Below, piece by piece: positions 9,579-18,724 of a DNA stretch of 64,000 nt. A program made the translations under genes and the position numbers. The DNA is from Alphaproteobacteria bacterium (GTDB lineage: Bacteria; Pseudomonadota; Alphaproteobacteria; UBA828): NCBI GenBank assembly GCA_965214705.1, contig OZ243972.1, forward strand, positions 2,240,001 through 2,304,000, read 5' to 3'. Within the stretch, counting starts at the first letter, position 1, and every line of letters starts with the position of its first letter. Below the pieces are notes generated by a model. It was given only the letters and a program-made list of their open reading frames with translations, had not been told where the DNA came from and did no database searches.

Positions 9579-10442
9579 ATGCGCTATGAGGAACCCTTGG
9601 TCGCGCCCAACGGCGACCGCTTCGTTCTGATCGAGTTCGGCGACGACGGCGGGCTCCGGCTCAACCTGCAGGCCCGCGGCTTCGCCAGGGCCGTGGACGA
9701 GGCCCGCATTCCCGGCGTGATCGAGACCAATCCGGGCTTCAACTCCGTGCTCATCGAGTACGACTGGCAGCGCATCGCCTACGACGACCTCGTGCGCGAG
9801 GCGCTGGCGCTGGCCGACGCGGTGGGGACTCCCGACGAGATCGAAAGCCGGCTGGTCCACGTGCCCACCCTCTACCTCGACCCCTGGACCCGCGCCTGCA
9901 TGGAGGAGTACCACCGCACCATCAAGGAGCGGCCCTACGACCCCGAGTTCATCGTGGCGGAGAACGGGCTCTCCGGCCTCGACGAGCTGGTTGCGCTCCA
10001 TTCGGCGACCGAGTACTGGATCGGCATCATCGGCGCCTATCCCGGCCTGCCGCTCATGCGCCCGCTCGACCCGCGCTGCATCATCTACGCGCCCAAGTAC
10101 GACCCGCCCCGCATGTGGACGCCCCAAGGCGCGGTGGTCTGCGCCGGCGGCCAGAGCGCGATCCAGACCCTGCACTCGCCCGGCGGCTTCAACATGATCG
10201 GCCGCACGCCGCTCCCGATGCTGGACCCGGAGGGACGCATCCCGGCCTTCGGCGGCGGCATCGCGCTGCTCCGCGTCGGCGATCGCATCAAGTTCGATCC
10301 CATTGACCGCAGCGAATACGACCGCATCGAGGCGAAGCTGGCGGAAGGCACCTACCCCTTCAACATCGTCGAGTATCAGCGCTTCTCCCTATCCGCCTAC
10401 GAGGCCTGGGTGGCGACGCTCGACGCGGAGCAGAGGCACTGA
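9579..10442 (+). CDS. Carboxyltransferase subunit (PxpB/KipI, allophanate hydrolase subunit 1-like)
   Basis: GDRFVLIEFG, APKYDPPRMWTPQGAV, SPGGFNMIGRTP, GDRIKF; start at 9579 chosen because TATGAT lies 7 nt upstream (alternative 9567). Confidence 0.85.
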   Translation: MRYEEPLVAPNGDRFVLIEFGDDGGLRLNLQARGFARAVDEARIPGVIETNPGFNSVLIEYDWQRIAYDDLVREALALADAVGTPDEIESRLVHVPTLYLDPWTRACMEEYHRTIKERPYDPEFIVAENGLSGLDELVALHSATEYWIGIIGAYPGLPLMRPLDPRCIIYAPKYDPPRMWTPQGAVVCAGGQSAIQTLHSPGGFNMIGRTPLPMLDPEGRIPAFGGGIALLRVGDRIKFDPIDRSEYDRIEAKLAEGTYPFNIVEYQRFSLSAYEAWVATLDAEQRH

Positions 10443-10456
10443 GCGCGACGCCCGTC

Positions 10457-11440
10457 ATGGAGGTGCTGAAGCCCGGCCTGGAGACCACGGTCCAGGACTA
10501 TCCGGGCCGTGTCGGCGTGGTCAGCACCGGCTACCCGATCTCGGGCCCGATGGACGGCTGGTCCTTCCGCATCGCCAACCGCCTGGTGGGCAACGACGCC
10601 AGCGCCGCGGGGCTCGAATGCCAGTTCATCGGCCCCACCCTGCGCTTTCACGACGACCGCGTGGTCGCGATTTGTGGCGCCGAGATGCCCGCCGCGCTGG
10701 ATGGCACGCCCTTCGAGGGCTGGACCAGCATCGCGGTGCGCGCCGGCCAGACCGTGACACTGGGTTCGGCAACACGGGGCGCGCGCGCCTATCTCGCGGT
10801 CTCCGGCGGCATCGACGTGCCGCCCTTTCTGGGCTCACGCTCCACCTATCGCCTCGGGCAGATCGGAGGCGCCGGGGGAGAGCCGCTCAAGGCCGGGCAG
10901 CATCTGCCCCTCGGCCCCGGTGAGGGCACGCCGGGGCGCCGGGCCGCAGTTCACGCCCGGCCGCGCTTCCCCAATGACCGGATCTGGTCGGTCGAGGCGG
11001 TGCCGGGGCCCAGGGAGGACTGGATCGACGAGGCCGGCCACGCCCGCTTCCTGACGCACGACTGGCGCGTCTCCGCCCACAGCAACCGGGTGGGGGTGCG
11101 CCTCGAAGGGCCGGAGTGGACCTTCACCCGCCGCGCCTACGACAAGTCGCCGGAGAACGGCACGCACCCCTCCAACATCATCGAGCACGGCTATGGCCTC
11201 GGCTCGATCAACCTCTGCGGCCAGACGCCCATCGTCCTCGGGCCGGACGGCCTCACCCTCGGCGGCTTCATCAACCCCTACACCGTGCCGACCGGCTCGC
11301 TCTGGAAGCCCGGTCAGGCGCGGCCCGGCGACATCTTCCGCTTCCGCGCCGTCAGCGTGCGCGAGGCGCAGGAGGCCCGCGCCGCGCTCGATGCGCTTTG
11401 CGCAGCACCCGACGCCATCGAGGAGATCGGCGCAGGCTGA
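10457..11440 (+). CDS. Carboxyltransferase subunit (PxpC/KipA, allophanate hydrolase subunit 2-like)
   Basis: PGLETTVQD, SGPMD, ANRLVGN, GARAYLAVSGG, SNRVGVRL, DGLTLGG. Confidence 0.88.
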   Translation: MEVLKPGLETTVQDYPGRVGVVSTGYPISGPMDGWSFRIANRLVGNDASAAGLECQFIGPTLRFHDDRVVAICGAEMPAALDGTPFEGWTSIAVRAGQTVTLGSATRGARAYLAVSGGIDVPPFLGSRSTYRLGQIGGAGGEPLKAGQHLPLGPGEGTPGRRAAVHARPRFPNDRIWSVEAVPGPREDWIDEAGHARFLTHDWRVSAHSNRVGVRLEGPEWTFTRRAYDKSPENGTHPSNIIEHGYGLGSINLCGQTPIVLGPDGLTLGGFINPYTVPTGSLWKPGQARPGDIFRFRAVSVREAQEARAALDALCAAPDAIEEIGAG

Positions 11441-11475
11441 GGGCACGCCAGTCCCCGCCGCACCGGTGTCCATCC

Positions 11476-12312
11476 ATGACCTCTGCCCGATTCCGGCCCC
11501 ACCATGCGCTCGGCCTCGCGGCGGCGCTGACCTTCGCGCTCTTCCCCGTCTTCTGGATGGTCTCCACCTCGCTCAAGCCGCTTGCCGAGTGGGCGGCGGT
11601 GCCGCCGCCCTGGGTGCCGCGCGACGTGACGCTCGGGAACTACGCGCCGCTCTTCCAGCGCTACGAGGAGAGCTATGTCACCGCGCCGAGGACCGGGCTC
11701 GGCGCCATTCTCGACTCCTTCATCATCGCCGGCGGCACCACGGCGCTCGCGCTGGCGATCGGGCTGCTCGCGGCGATCGGCTTCTCACGCTACCGCGCGG
11801 GCAGCGACCGGCTCGCCATCGGGATCCTCGCGGTCCGCGCCGTGCCGCCGATCACGCTCGCAATCCCGGCGCTCTTCCTCTTCACCTCGATGGGCCTGCG
11901 CGACACCCACATCGGCATCATCCTGGTCCACGCTGCCTTCGGCGTGCCGTTCTCCTTCTGGATGCTGAAGAGCTTCATCGACGAGGTGCCGCCCGCCATC
12001 GAGGAGGCCGGCATGATGGACGGCATGAGCCGTCTGCGCGCACACCTCGTCGTCACCGTGCCGATGATCCGGGGCGGGCTCGCGGTCACCGGCCTCTTCA
12101 TCTTCATCCTCACCTGGAACGAGTTCCTGCTGACGGTCACGCTGAGCGACAAGCTGATCGTTACCGTACCGATCTATCTGCACCATCACACCGGGGTCTA
12201 TGGCGTGCAGGCGGCGCTCGCGGTCGCAGCCGCGATGCCCATCGTGCTCTTCGGCTTCCTGATTCAGAAGCACCTCGCCCGCGCGTTTACCCTGGGCGCA
12301 ATCAAGCAGTAG
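11476..12312 (+). CDS. Carbohydrate ABC transporter permease (MalG-like), orphan
   Basis: EAA loop (IEEAGMMDG), FILTWNEF, about 6 TM segments. Confidence 0.88.
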   Translation: MTSARFRPHHALGLAAALTFALFPVFWMVSTSLKPLAEWAAVPPPWVPRDVTLGNYAPLFQRYEESYVTAPRTGLGAILDSFIIAGGTTALALAIGLLAAIGFSRYRAGSDRLAIGILAVRAVPPITLAIPALFLFTSMGLRDTHIGIILVHAAFGVPFSFWMLKSFIDEVPPAIEEAGMMDGMSRLRAHLVVTVPMIRGGLAVTGLFIFILTWNEFLLTVTLSDKLIVTVPIYLHHHTGVYGVQAALAVAAAMPIVLFGFLIQKHLARAFTLGAIKQ

Positions 12313-12322
12313 GGAACCCGCC

Positions 12323-13645
12323 TCAGCCGAGCGCCGCGTCGACCTCGTCCAGGATCGTGTCGAAAACCCCGATGGCGTCGCCGATCTGCTCGGCGTCGAT
12401 ACAGAGCGGCGGGCCGATCAGGAGGCCGTTGAGGCAGGTCCGGGCCTCCAGCCCGTGCTCGATCATCCGGCGCTTCATCATCTCGTTGAGCGCCGCGTGG
12501 TTCGGCGCCGTCGAGAACGGCGCATCGGTCGCCGCATCGGCGGTGAGCTCGATGGCGCCGAGCAGGCCCAGCGAGCGCACGTCGGAGACGCACGAATGCC
12601 GCTTGAGGTCCTCCAGTCCCGAAGCCAGCACCTTGCCCATCCGCGCCGCGTTCTCGATCAGTCCGTCGTTCTCGTAGGCGTCGAGCGCGGCGCAAGCTGC
12701 GGCGCAAGCGATGGGGTTGCCGGTCTGGGTCGAGCCGAGCGGGAACCAGTCGTCGTCGAAGTGCGCGGCGACATGGGGCCGCATCAGCACGGCGCCCATG
12801 GGGATGTAGCCCGAGGTGATGCCCTTCGAGACCGCCATCAGGTCGGGCACCACGCCCCAATGCTCCATACCGAACCAGCGCCCGGTACGGCCGAAGCCGC
12901 AGATCACCTCGTCCGCGATCATCAGGATGTCGTAGCGGTCGCAGATCTCACGCAGCATGGGGAAATATTCAGGCGGCGGCTTGATCCCGCCGCTCGCCGC
13001 CGTCATCGGCTCGACGATGACCGCAGCGATCTGCCCCGGCCCCTCGCGCTGGATCACCTCCTCCACGCTCTTCGCGCATTGCACCTCGCAACCGGGGTAG
13101 GAGAGCGAGAAGGGGCAGCGGTGGCAGTAAGGGTCAAGGAAGCGGACGATGTTGGGATGTTCGTAACCGATGGCGAGGCGCCGGGGATCGCCGCTCGCCG
13201 ACATCGAGCCCGAGGTGGTGCCGTGGTAGGAGCGGTACTTGGCGAGGATCTTGCGTCGCCCGGTCACCAGGCGCGCGACCATCATGGCAATCTCGGTGGC
13301 CTCGCTGCCGCTCCCAGTGAAGAAGGCGGTCTGGATGTCGCCCGGCGCGATCTCGGCGAGCTTGCGGCCGAGCTTCTCGCGCGCGGCCGTGGTGTGGTGC
13401 GGCCCGATGTAGCAGAGCCTGCCGGCCTGCTCCTGAATCGCCGCGATCACCTTTGGATGCTGGTAGCCGAGATTGACGTTCACCAGCTGCGACGAGAAAT
13501 CGAGATAGCGCTTGCCTCCCGTGTCAAAGATGTAGGCGCCCTCGCCGCGCTCCATTTCGATCACCGGGTCGAGCGCGTTCTGCGCCGCCCAGGGGATGAT
13601 GTCGTAGCGCCGGTTCGCGCCGGCGGTTGCCATCGCCTCGCTCAT
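12323..13645 (-). CDS. Class III PLP aminotransferase (taurine/omega-amino acid type)
   Basis: YLDFSSQLVNVNLG, GSGSEA, SYHG, IADEVICGFGRTG, SKG PLP lysine. Confidence 0.93.
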   Translation of the reverse strand: MSEAMATAGANRRYDIIPWAAQNALDPVIEMERGEGAYIFDTGGKRYLDFSSQLVNVNLGYQHPKVIAAIQEQAGRLCYIGPHHTTAAREKLGRKLAEIAPGDIQTAFFTGSGSEATEIAMMVARLVTGRRKILAKYRSYHGTTSGSMSASGDPRRLAIGYEHPNIVRFLDPYCHRCPFSLSYPGCEVQCAKSVEEVIQREGPGQIAAVIVEPMTAASGGIKPPPEYFPMLREICDRYDILMIADEVICGFGRTGRWFGMEHWGVVPDLMAVSKGITSGYIPMGAVLMRPHVAAHFDDDWFPLGSTQTGNPIACAAACAALDAYENDGLIENAARMGKVLASGLEDLKRHSCVSDVRSLGLLGAIELTADAATDAPFSTAPNHAALNEMMKRRMIEHGLEARTCLNGLLIGPPLCIDAEQIGDAIGVFDTILDEVDAALG

Positions 13646-13682
13646 GTCTCCCTCCTGCGTCCTTCGGCGGACACGGCGGCCG

Positions 13683-14030
13683 CTAGCGCGCGGCCACTAT
13701 CATGATCTCGACTGTGTAGTCCGGTGTCGCCAGCCTGCTCTCGACACAGGCGCGGCAGGGCGGGTTCTCCTTGGAGACCCAGGGGTCCCACACGCTGTTC
13801 ATCTCGTTGAAGGTCCGGATGTCGGAAAGCCAGACGTTGGCGGTGAGAATCTGCTCCTTCGACGAGCCCGCCTTTGCCAGCAGGGCCTCGATCTTGGCGA
13901 GAATCTGCCGGGTCTGGCCGGCGACGTCCTCGCTGGTGTCGTCCGCCACTTGGCCGGCGAGGTACACGCGATCCCCGTGCGTCACCGCCTGGCTCATGCG
14001 GGGGCCCTTGTCGAAGCGTTCGATTGTCAT
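13683..14030 (-). CDS. RidA family protein (YoaB-like)
   Basis: RMSQAV, YLAGQVA, MNSVWD, PCRACVE, VEIMIVA. Confidence 0.92.
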   Translation of the reverse strand: MTIERFDKGPRMSQAVTHGDRVYLAGQVADDTSEDVAGQTRQILAKIEALLAKAGSSKEQILTANVWLSDIRTFNEMNSVWDPWVSKENPPCRACVESRLATPDYTVEIMIVAAR

Positions 14031-14088
14031 GGCTGGTCTCCACTCCTTGTCGATGGTCGTCGGGGTGATCGTAGCGGGCAAAGGCCCT

Positions 14089-15381
14089 TCACGCACCGGC
14101 GCGGGCCTCGAAGGCTCGCGCGGCGTCTGTGACGGCCTCGATGGTCGAGTACGTGGCGCCGTTCACAAGCAGCTCCCGGCCGAGGAGCAGGGCCGGGCGC
14201 TCGCAGGCGGCGCGGCGGTCGGGATCCTCGATCCACTCGAAGTCGATGTTGTGGGCGATCCCCAGGATGCGCCGGATCATCTTGGCGGCGCCGAACTGCA
14301 GCGTGTCGGTGAAGAGCGCGGCGATGGCGTCATCGCGTGCTTGCGCAAGCGAGGCCTCACCCTCTTCACCGGCGAAGAGGGCTGCCGGGTAAGCGTCACC
14401 CGCGCGCTCGGCCCAGAGCGCGCCGTAACACTCGGCGAAGGCGTGCCAGAAGGTCTCGGCCGTTTCCAGCACCCATGCCTTGTAGGCGGCGCGGTCGTCC
14501 GCCTCGGTCGCGTGACCGTCCTGGCTGAAATAGTTGAGCAGCAGGTTGCCGACGAAGGCGCCGGTGTCGAACCCCATCGGCCCGTAGAACGCGAACTCGG
14601 GATCGATCACGCGGGTGTCGTCCTGCGTCACCATGATCGAGCCGGTGTGCAGGTCGCCGTGGATCAGCGCTTCGGCGTTCCCCATGAACTTGCACTTGAG
14701 GCGGGAGACCGCACGCTTCAGCGGGGCATCGGCCCGAAACGCGGCGGCGAGGTCATCGAGCTGCGGCGAGGTCCACCAGTTGTTGTCGTGGACCATGTAG
14801 GGCTCGGTAAAGATCACGTCCTCCGTGAGCTTGCAGAGCGCAGTGTTGCCGCAGAAGAGAGCGACGCGCGCCTTCTTCTCTGCCGCGCCGGTGCCGAGGT
14901 CGGAGGTGAAGAAGAGCGTCCGCGCCATGTACTCCGCCACGTCGGTGGCAGCGCGCGGGTAGCGGATGCCCTGGATCATGCCCCGCCGCATGATGATGTG
15001 GGGCTCCAGCAGTTCCATCACGATCAGCATCAGCACGGGATCGAAGCGGTAGATCTCAGGCGTGAGCCCCGGCGCATGGCGGCCGTGCTCCGCCAGCGCC
15101 TCGTGCTCGAAGAAGGCGCGGTTGAGCGGTAGCGGCCAGCTCTCGCCCACCAGCCGCACGTAGGGCAGCGCCTGCTTCACGCAGAGGCCGCCGGCCGGGC
15201 CGTGCACCAGGAAGACCAGGTTGAGGTTGCCGTCGCCGACCTCTTCCACCCGCCAATCGCCTGGCGTGCCCCCGAGGCGCGCGCGCAGTTCCGGCTGCTC
15301 CGCGAGATAGGGGGCGAGGGTATCGGTATCGAGCGGCCGGTATCCCTCGGGAATGACGATCGCGGGTTGGTCTGCGCTCAA
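14089..15381 (-). CDS. mtnK: S-methyl-5-thioribose kinase
   Basis: EVGDGNLNLVF, KQALPY, HGDLHTGS, IDPEFAFYGP, RRILGIAH. Confidence 0.95.
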   Translation of the reverse strand: MSADQPAIVIPEGYRPLDTDTLAPYLAEQPELRARLGGTPGDWRVEEVGDGNLNLVFLVHGPAGGLCVKQALPYVRLVGESWPLPLNRAFFEHEALAEHGRHAPGLTPEIYRFDPVLMLIVMELLEPHIIMRRGMIQGIRYPRAATDVAEYMARTLFFTSDLGTGAAEKKARVALFCGNTALCKLTEDVIFTEPYMVHDNNWWTSPQLDDLAAAFRADAPLKRAVSRLKCKFMGNAEALIHGDLHTGSIMVTQDDTRVIDPEFAFYGPMGFDTGAFVGNLLLNYFSQDGHATEADDRAAYKAWVLETAETFWHAFAECYGALWAERAGDAYPAALFAGEEGEASLAQARDDAIAALFTDTLQFGAAKMIRRILGIAHNIDFEWIEDPDRRAACERPALLLGRELLVNGATYSTIEAVTDAARAFEARAGA

Positions 15382-15466
15382 GTCTCGATCGATCCGTGTT
15401 GTTGCGCGGCCCGACCTTAGTCAATCGCCGCAGCGCCGCAATCTTCCTTGTGGCGAGCGGCGGGGG

Positions 15467-16477
15467 CTATTCGCCCCAGACCTCGCGGAAGACCCTGACC
15501 CAGTTGCCGCCTAGAATCTTCTTGGTCGTTTGCTCGCTGTAGCCGCGTTCCAGTAGGCGCCTGGTCAGGTTCCGCATTTCGCGGGGCGTGGCGATCCCGT
15601 CGGGGAAGTGGTGCGGCGGTGGCGGGTAGGACTCGGGCCGCCAGTCGCCGATCGCGACGCGGTGCTCGTACATGCGTGTGGCCTCTTCGTCGTCGACCAC
15701 CGGCACTTGCCCCCGGTAGTAGTCGAGGCCGAGGCCGACATGATCGTCGCCGACGAGCCCGACCGCATAGTCGATGTGGTCGACGAACTCGTCGAGGGTC
15801 GGTCTCGGCGAGGCGCTGACGAAGGACGGGAAACCGACCATGCCGACAAGACCGCCGGTCGCTGCGGCCGCCTTCATCTGTTCGTCGGTGATGTTGCGGC
15901 GCGACTCCCGCACCGCCTTCGGGTTCGCGTGGGAGAAGACCACGGGGCGCGAGGATGCCTCGATCGCCTCCATGGTCGTGCGGTAGCCGGTGTGGGAGCA
16001 ATCGACGACGATGCGCGCCTCGTTGAGACGCTCGACCACCTTGAGGCCGAAGGTGCTGAGCCCGGCGTCCGTTCGTTCCTCGCAGCCGTCGCCCACCCGG
16101 TTCTTCACGTTGTAGGCGAGCTGAATCATGCCGACGCCCAGTGCCTTGTAAGCATCGATCAAGTTGAGGTCGTCCTCGATCGGCTCAGTCCCCTGGAAGT
16201 GGAAGAACAGGCCGAACTTGCCCGCGGCCTTGGCGGTCGCGAAGTCGGCGGCGCGCCTGATGTGGACGAGCCTCGGGTCCTGATCGATGGCGCGAATCCA
16301 GTCCCCCAGCGCCCTGAGCGTCGGGCCGGCGCGCTCGAAGGCGCCGGCGGTCGGACCCGCCGCGCTGACGCCCCCTTCGATCCACCAGTCGATGTATTCG
16401 CGGCGCACCATGAGCGGGCAGACCGCGTCGATCACGACGGCCTCGTCGTGGATGCGCTCGAAATCGGGCTTGGCCAC
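15467..16477 (-). CDS. Membrane dipeptidase (peptidase M19, amidohydrolase fold)
   Basis: QLAYN, VDCSH, SHAN, RNITD, GLGLD, KILGGNW. Confidence 0.9.
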   Translation of the reverse strand: MAKPDFERIHDEAVVIDAVCPLMVRREYIDWWIEGGVSAAGPTAGAFERAGPTLRALGDWIRAIDQDPRLVHIRRAADFATAKAAGKFGLFFHFQGTEPIEDDLNLIDAYKALGVGMIQLAYNVKNRVGDGCEERTDAGLSTFGLKVVERLNEARIVVDCSHTGYRTTMEAIEASSRPVVFSHANPKAVRESRRNITDEQMKAAAATGGLVGMVGFPSFVSASPRPTLDEFVDHIDYAVGLVGDDHVGLGLDYYRGQVPVVDDEEATRMYEHRVAIGDWRPESYPPPPHHFPDGIATPREMRNLTRRLLERGYSEQTTKKILGGNWVRVFREVWGE

Positions 16478-16606
16478 GCCGTCCTCCCCCTACGCTGCCC
16501 GTTATGACTCCGCGATCAGGCCCCTCATGTCCATGACCTCTTGCGGGGTGGGCGCAGGGAACCACATGGACTAGGAATCTCTTCTCGTCTCGAAAAGGTC
16601 TCCTCC

Positions 16607-18697
16607 ATGCCCGCGTCCGACCCCAAGCCCCCCGTTGCGCTCCGAAAGCCGGTCACGGCAATGCTGCACGGCATCGCGCGCAGCGACGACTACGCCTGGC
16701 TCAAGGATGCCGACTGGCAGCGGGTGATGCGCGTGCCGGAGACGCTCGACCCCGATATCCGCGCCTACCTGGAGGCCGAGAACGCCTACACCGACGCCTT
16801 TCTCGCGCCCCACAAGGCGCTCAGGGAGGCGCTGGTGGCCGAGATGCGCGGGCGCATGAAGGAGGACGACTCCTCGGTGCCGGCACCCGACGGCGCGTGG
16901 GCCTACTACCGCCGCTACGTGGAGGGCGGCGAGCATCCGCTTTTCTGCCGCGCTCCGCGCGACGACGTAGTGGCAGAGGTGCTGCTGCTCGACGGCAACC
17001 GCGAAGCCGAGGGCCAAGTATATTTCCGGATCGGGGATTGCGAGCACAGCCACGACCACCGCCGCCTCGCCTACACCCTCGACCTCAACGGCTCCGAGCG
17101 CTACCGCCTCTTCGTCCGCGACATCGCCTCCGGCGCGGTGATCGACGGGCCGATCGAGGACGCCTACGGCGATGTCATTTGGGCCGCCGACGGCGAGACC
17201 GTCTTCTACACCGTGCTCGACGAGAGCCACCGCCCCTACCAGGTGCGCCGTCACCGCGTGGGCAGCGCGGCGGAGGCGGACCCCGTGGTCTACGAAGAGT
17301 CCGATCCCGGCTTCTTTCTCAGAATCGGCGAGTCCGAGAACCGACGCTTCGTCCTGATCTCGGCCCACGACCACACGACCTCCGAGGTTCATCTGATCGA
17401 CGCCGCGGCGCCCGAGTCAGAACCCCGCCTCGTCGCCGCCCGAGAGCGCGGCATCGAGTACGACGTCGCCTTGCAAGGTGATCGCCTCTTCATCCTGACC
17501 AACGCCGACGGCGCCACCGACTTCAAGATCATGACCGCGCCGCTGGGGACGCCGGAGCGCGCGGCGTGGCAGGACTGGCTTCCCCACGAGGCCGGCACCT
17601 ACGTGCGCGCGCAGCTTCTCTTCGCCGGCCACCAGGTGCGGCTGGAGCGGGTCGGCGGCCTGCCGCGCATCGTCGTCACCGACCTGGAGACCGGCGAGGC
17701 GCACACCGTCGCCTTCGAGGAGGAGGCCTACGACCTCTCGCTCCTGCCTGGCTACGAGTTCGAGACCGAGACGGTCCGCTTCGTCTACAGCTCGATGACG
17801 ACACCGGCGCAGACCTTCGACTACGACATGCGCACGCGCACCCGCACGCTGCGCAAGACACAGGAGGTGCCGAGCGGCCACGACCCCGCCGACTACGTCA
17901 CCCGCAGGCTGACCGCCGTGAGCCGTGACGGCGCCGAGGTGCCGGTCTCGCTGCTCCATCGCCGCACGACCCCGCTGGACGGCACCGCCCAGCTCCTTCT
18001 TTACGGCTACGGCGCCTACGGCCACGCCATCCCGGCTGCGTTCTCCACCAACCGGCTGAGCCTGGTGGATCGCGGCTTCGTCTGCGCCATCGCCCACATC
18101 CGCGGCGGCTCGGATTGCGGCTATGGCTGGTATCTCGACGGCAAGCTCGCGAAGAAGACCAACACCTTCGCCGACTTCATCGCCGCCGCCGAGCACCTGA
18201 TCGCCGAACGCTACACCGCGAAGAGGCGGATCGCGGCCCACGGCGGCAGCGCCGGCGGCATGCTGATGGGGGCGGTCGCGAACCTGCGGCCCGACCTCTT
18301 CGCCAGCATCGTCGCCGAGGTGCCTTTTGTCGACGTGCTCAACACCATGTGCGACCGGGACCTGCCGCTCACGCCGCCGGAATGGCCGGAGTGGGGCAAC
18401 CCCATCGAGGACGAGGCCGCCTACCGAACCATCGCGGCCTATGCGCCCTACGAGAACGTGACCGCCCAGGCCTACCCGGCGATCTTCGCAACCGCAGGCC
18501 TCACCGACCCGCGCGTCACCTATTGGGAGCCGGCCAAGTGGGTGGCGCGGCTACGCAGGCTCAAGACCGACGGCAATCCGCTGCTGCTCCACACCAACAT
18601 GGAGGCCGGCCACGGCGGTGCCTCCGGCCGCTTCCGCCGTCTCAAGGAGGTGGCGATGGCCTACGCCTTCGTCCTCGCCATCGCCGACCGGGCCTGA
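16607..18697 (+). CDS. ptrB: Oligopeptidase B (S9A)
   Basis: DDYAWL, beta-propeller region, GGSAGG Ser, DPRV Asp, AGHGG His. Confidence 0.93.
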   Translation: MPASDPKPPVALRKPVTAMLHGIARSDDYAWLKDADWQRVMRVPETLDPDIRAYLEAENAYTDAFLAPHKALREALVAEMRGRMKEDDSSVPAPDGAWAYYRRYVEGGEHPLFCRAPRDDVVAEVLLLDGNREAEGQVYFRIGDCEHSHDHRRLAYTLDLNGSERYRLFVRDIASGAVIDGPIEDAYGDVIWAADGETVFYTVLDESHRPYQVRRHRVGSAAEADPVVYEESDPGFFLRIGESENRRFVLISAHDHTTSEVHLIDAAAPESEPRLVAARERGIEYDVALQGDRLFILTNADGATDFKIMTAPLGTPERAAWQDWLPHEAGTYVRAQLLFAGHQVRLERVGGLPRIVVTDLETGEAHTVAFEEEAYDLSLLPGYEFETETVRFVYSSMTTPAQTFDYDMRTRTRTLRKTQEVPSGHDPADYVTRRLTAVSRDGAEVPVSLLHRRTTPLDGTAQLLLYGYGAYGHAIPAAFSTNRLSLVDRGFVCAIAHIRGGSDCGYGWYLDGKLAKKTNTFADFIAAAEHLIAERYTAKRRIAAHGGSAGGMLMGAVANLRPDLFASIVAEVPFVDVLNTMCDRDLPLTPPEWPEWGNPIEDEAAYRTIAAYAPYENVTAQAYPAIFATAGLTDPRVTYWEPAKWVARLRRLKTDGNPLLLHTNMEAGHGGASGRFRRLKEVAMAYAFVLAIADRA

Positions 18698-18724
18698 AGG
18701 AGGCCAGCGGTATTCATGCCCGGC

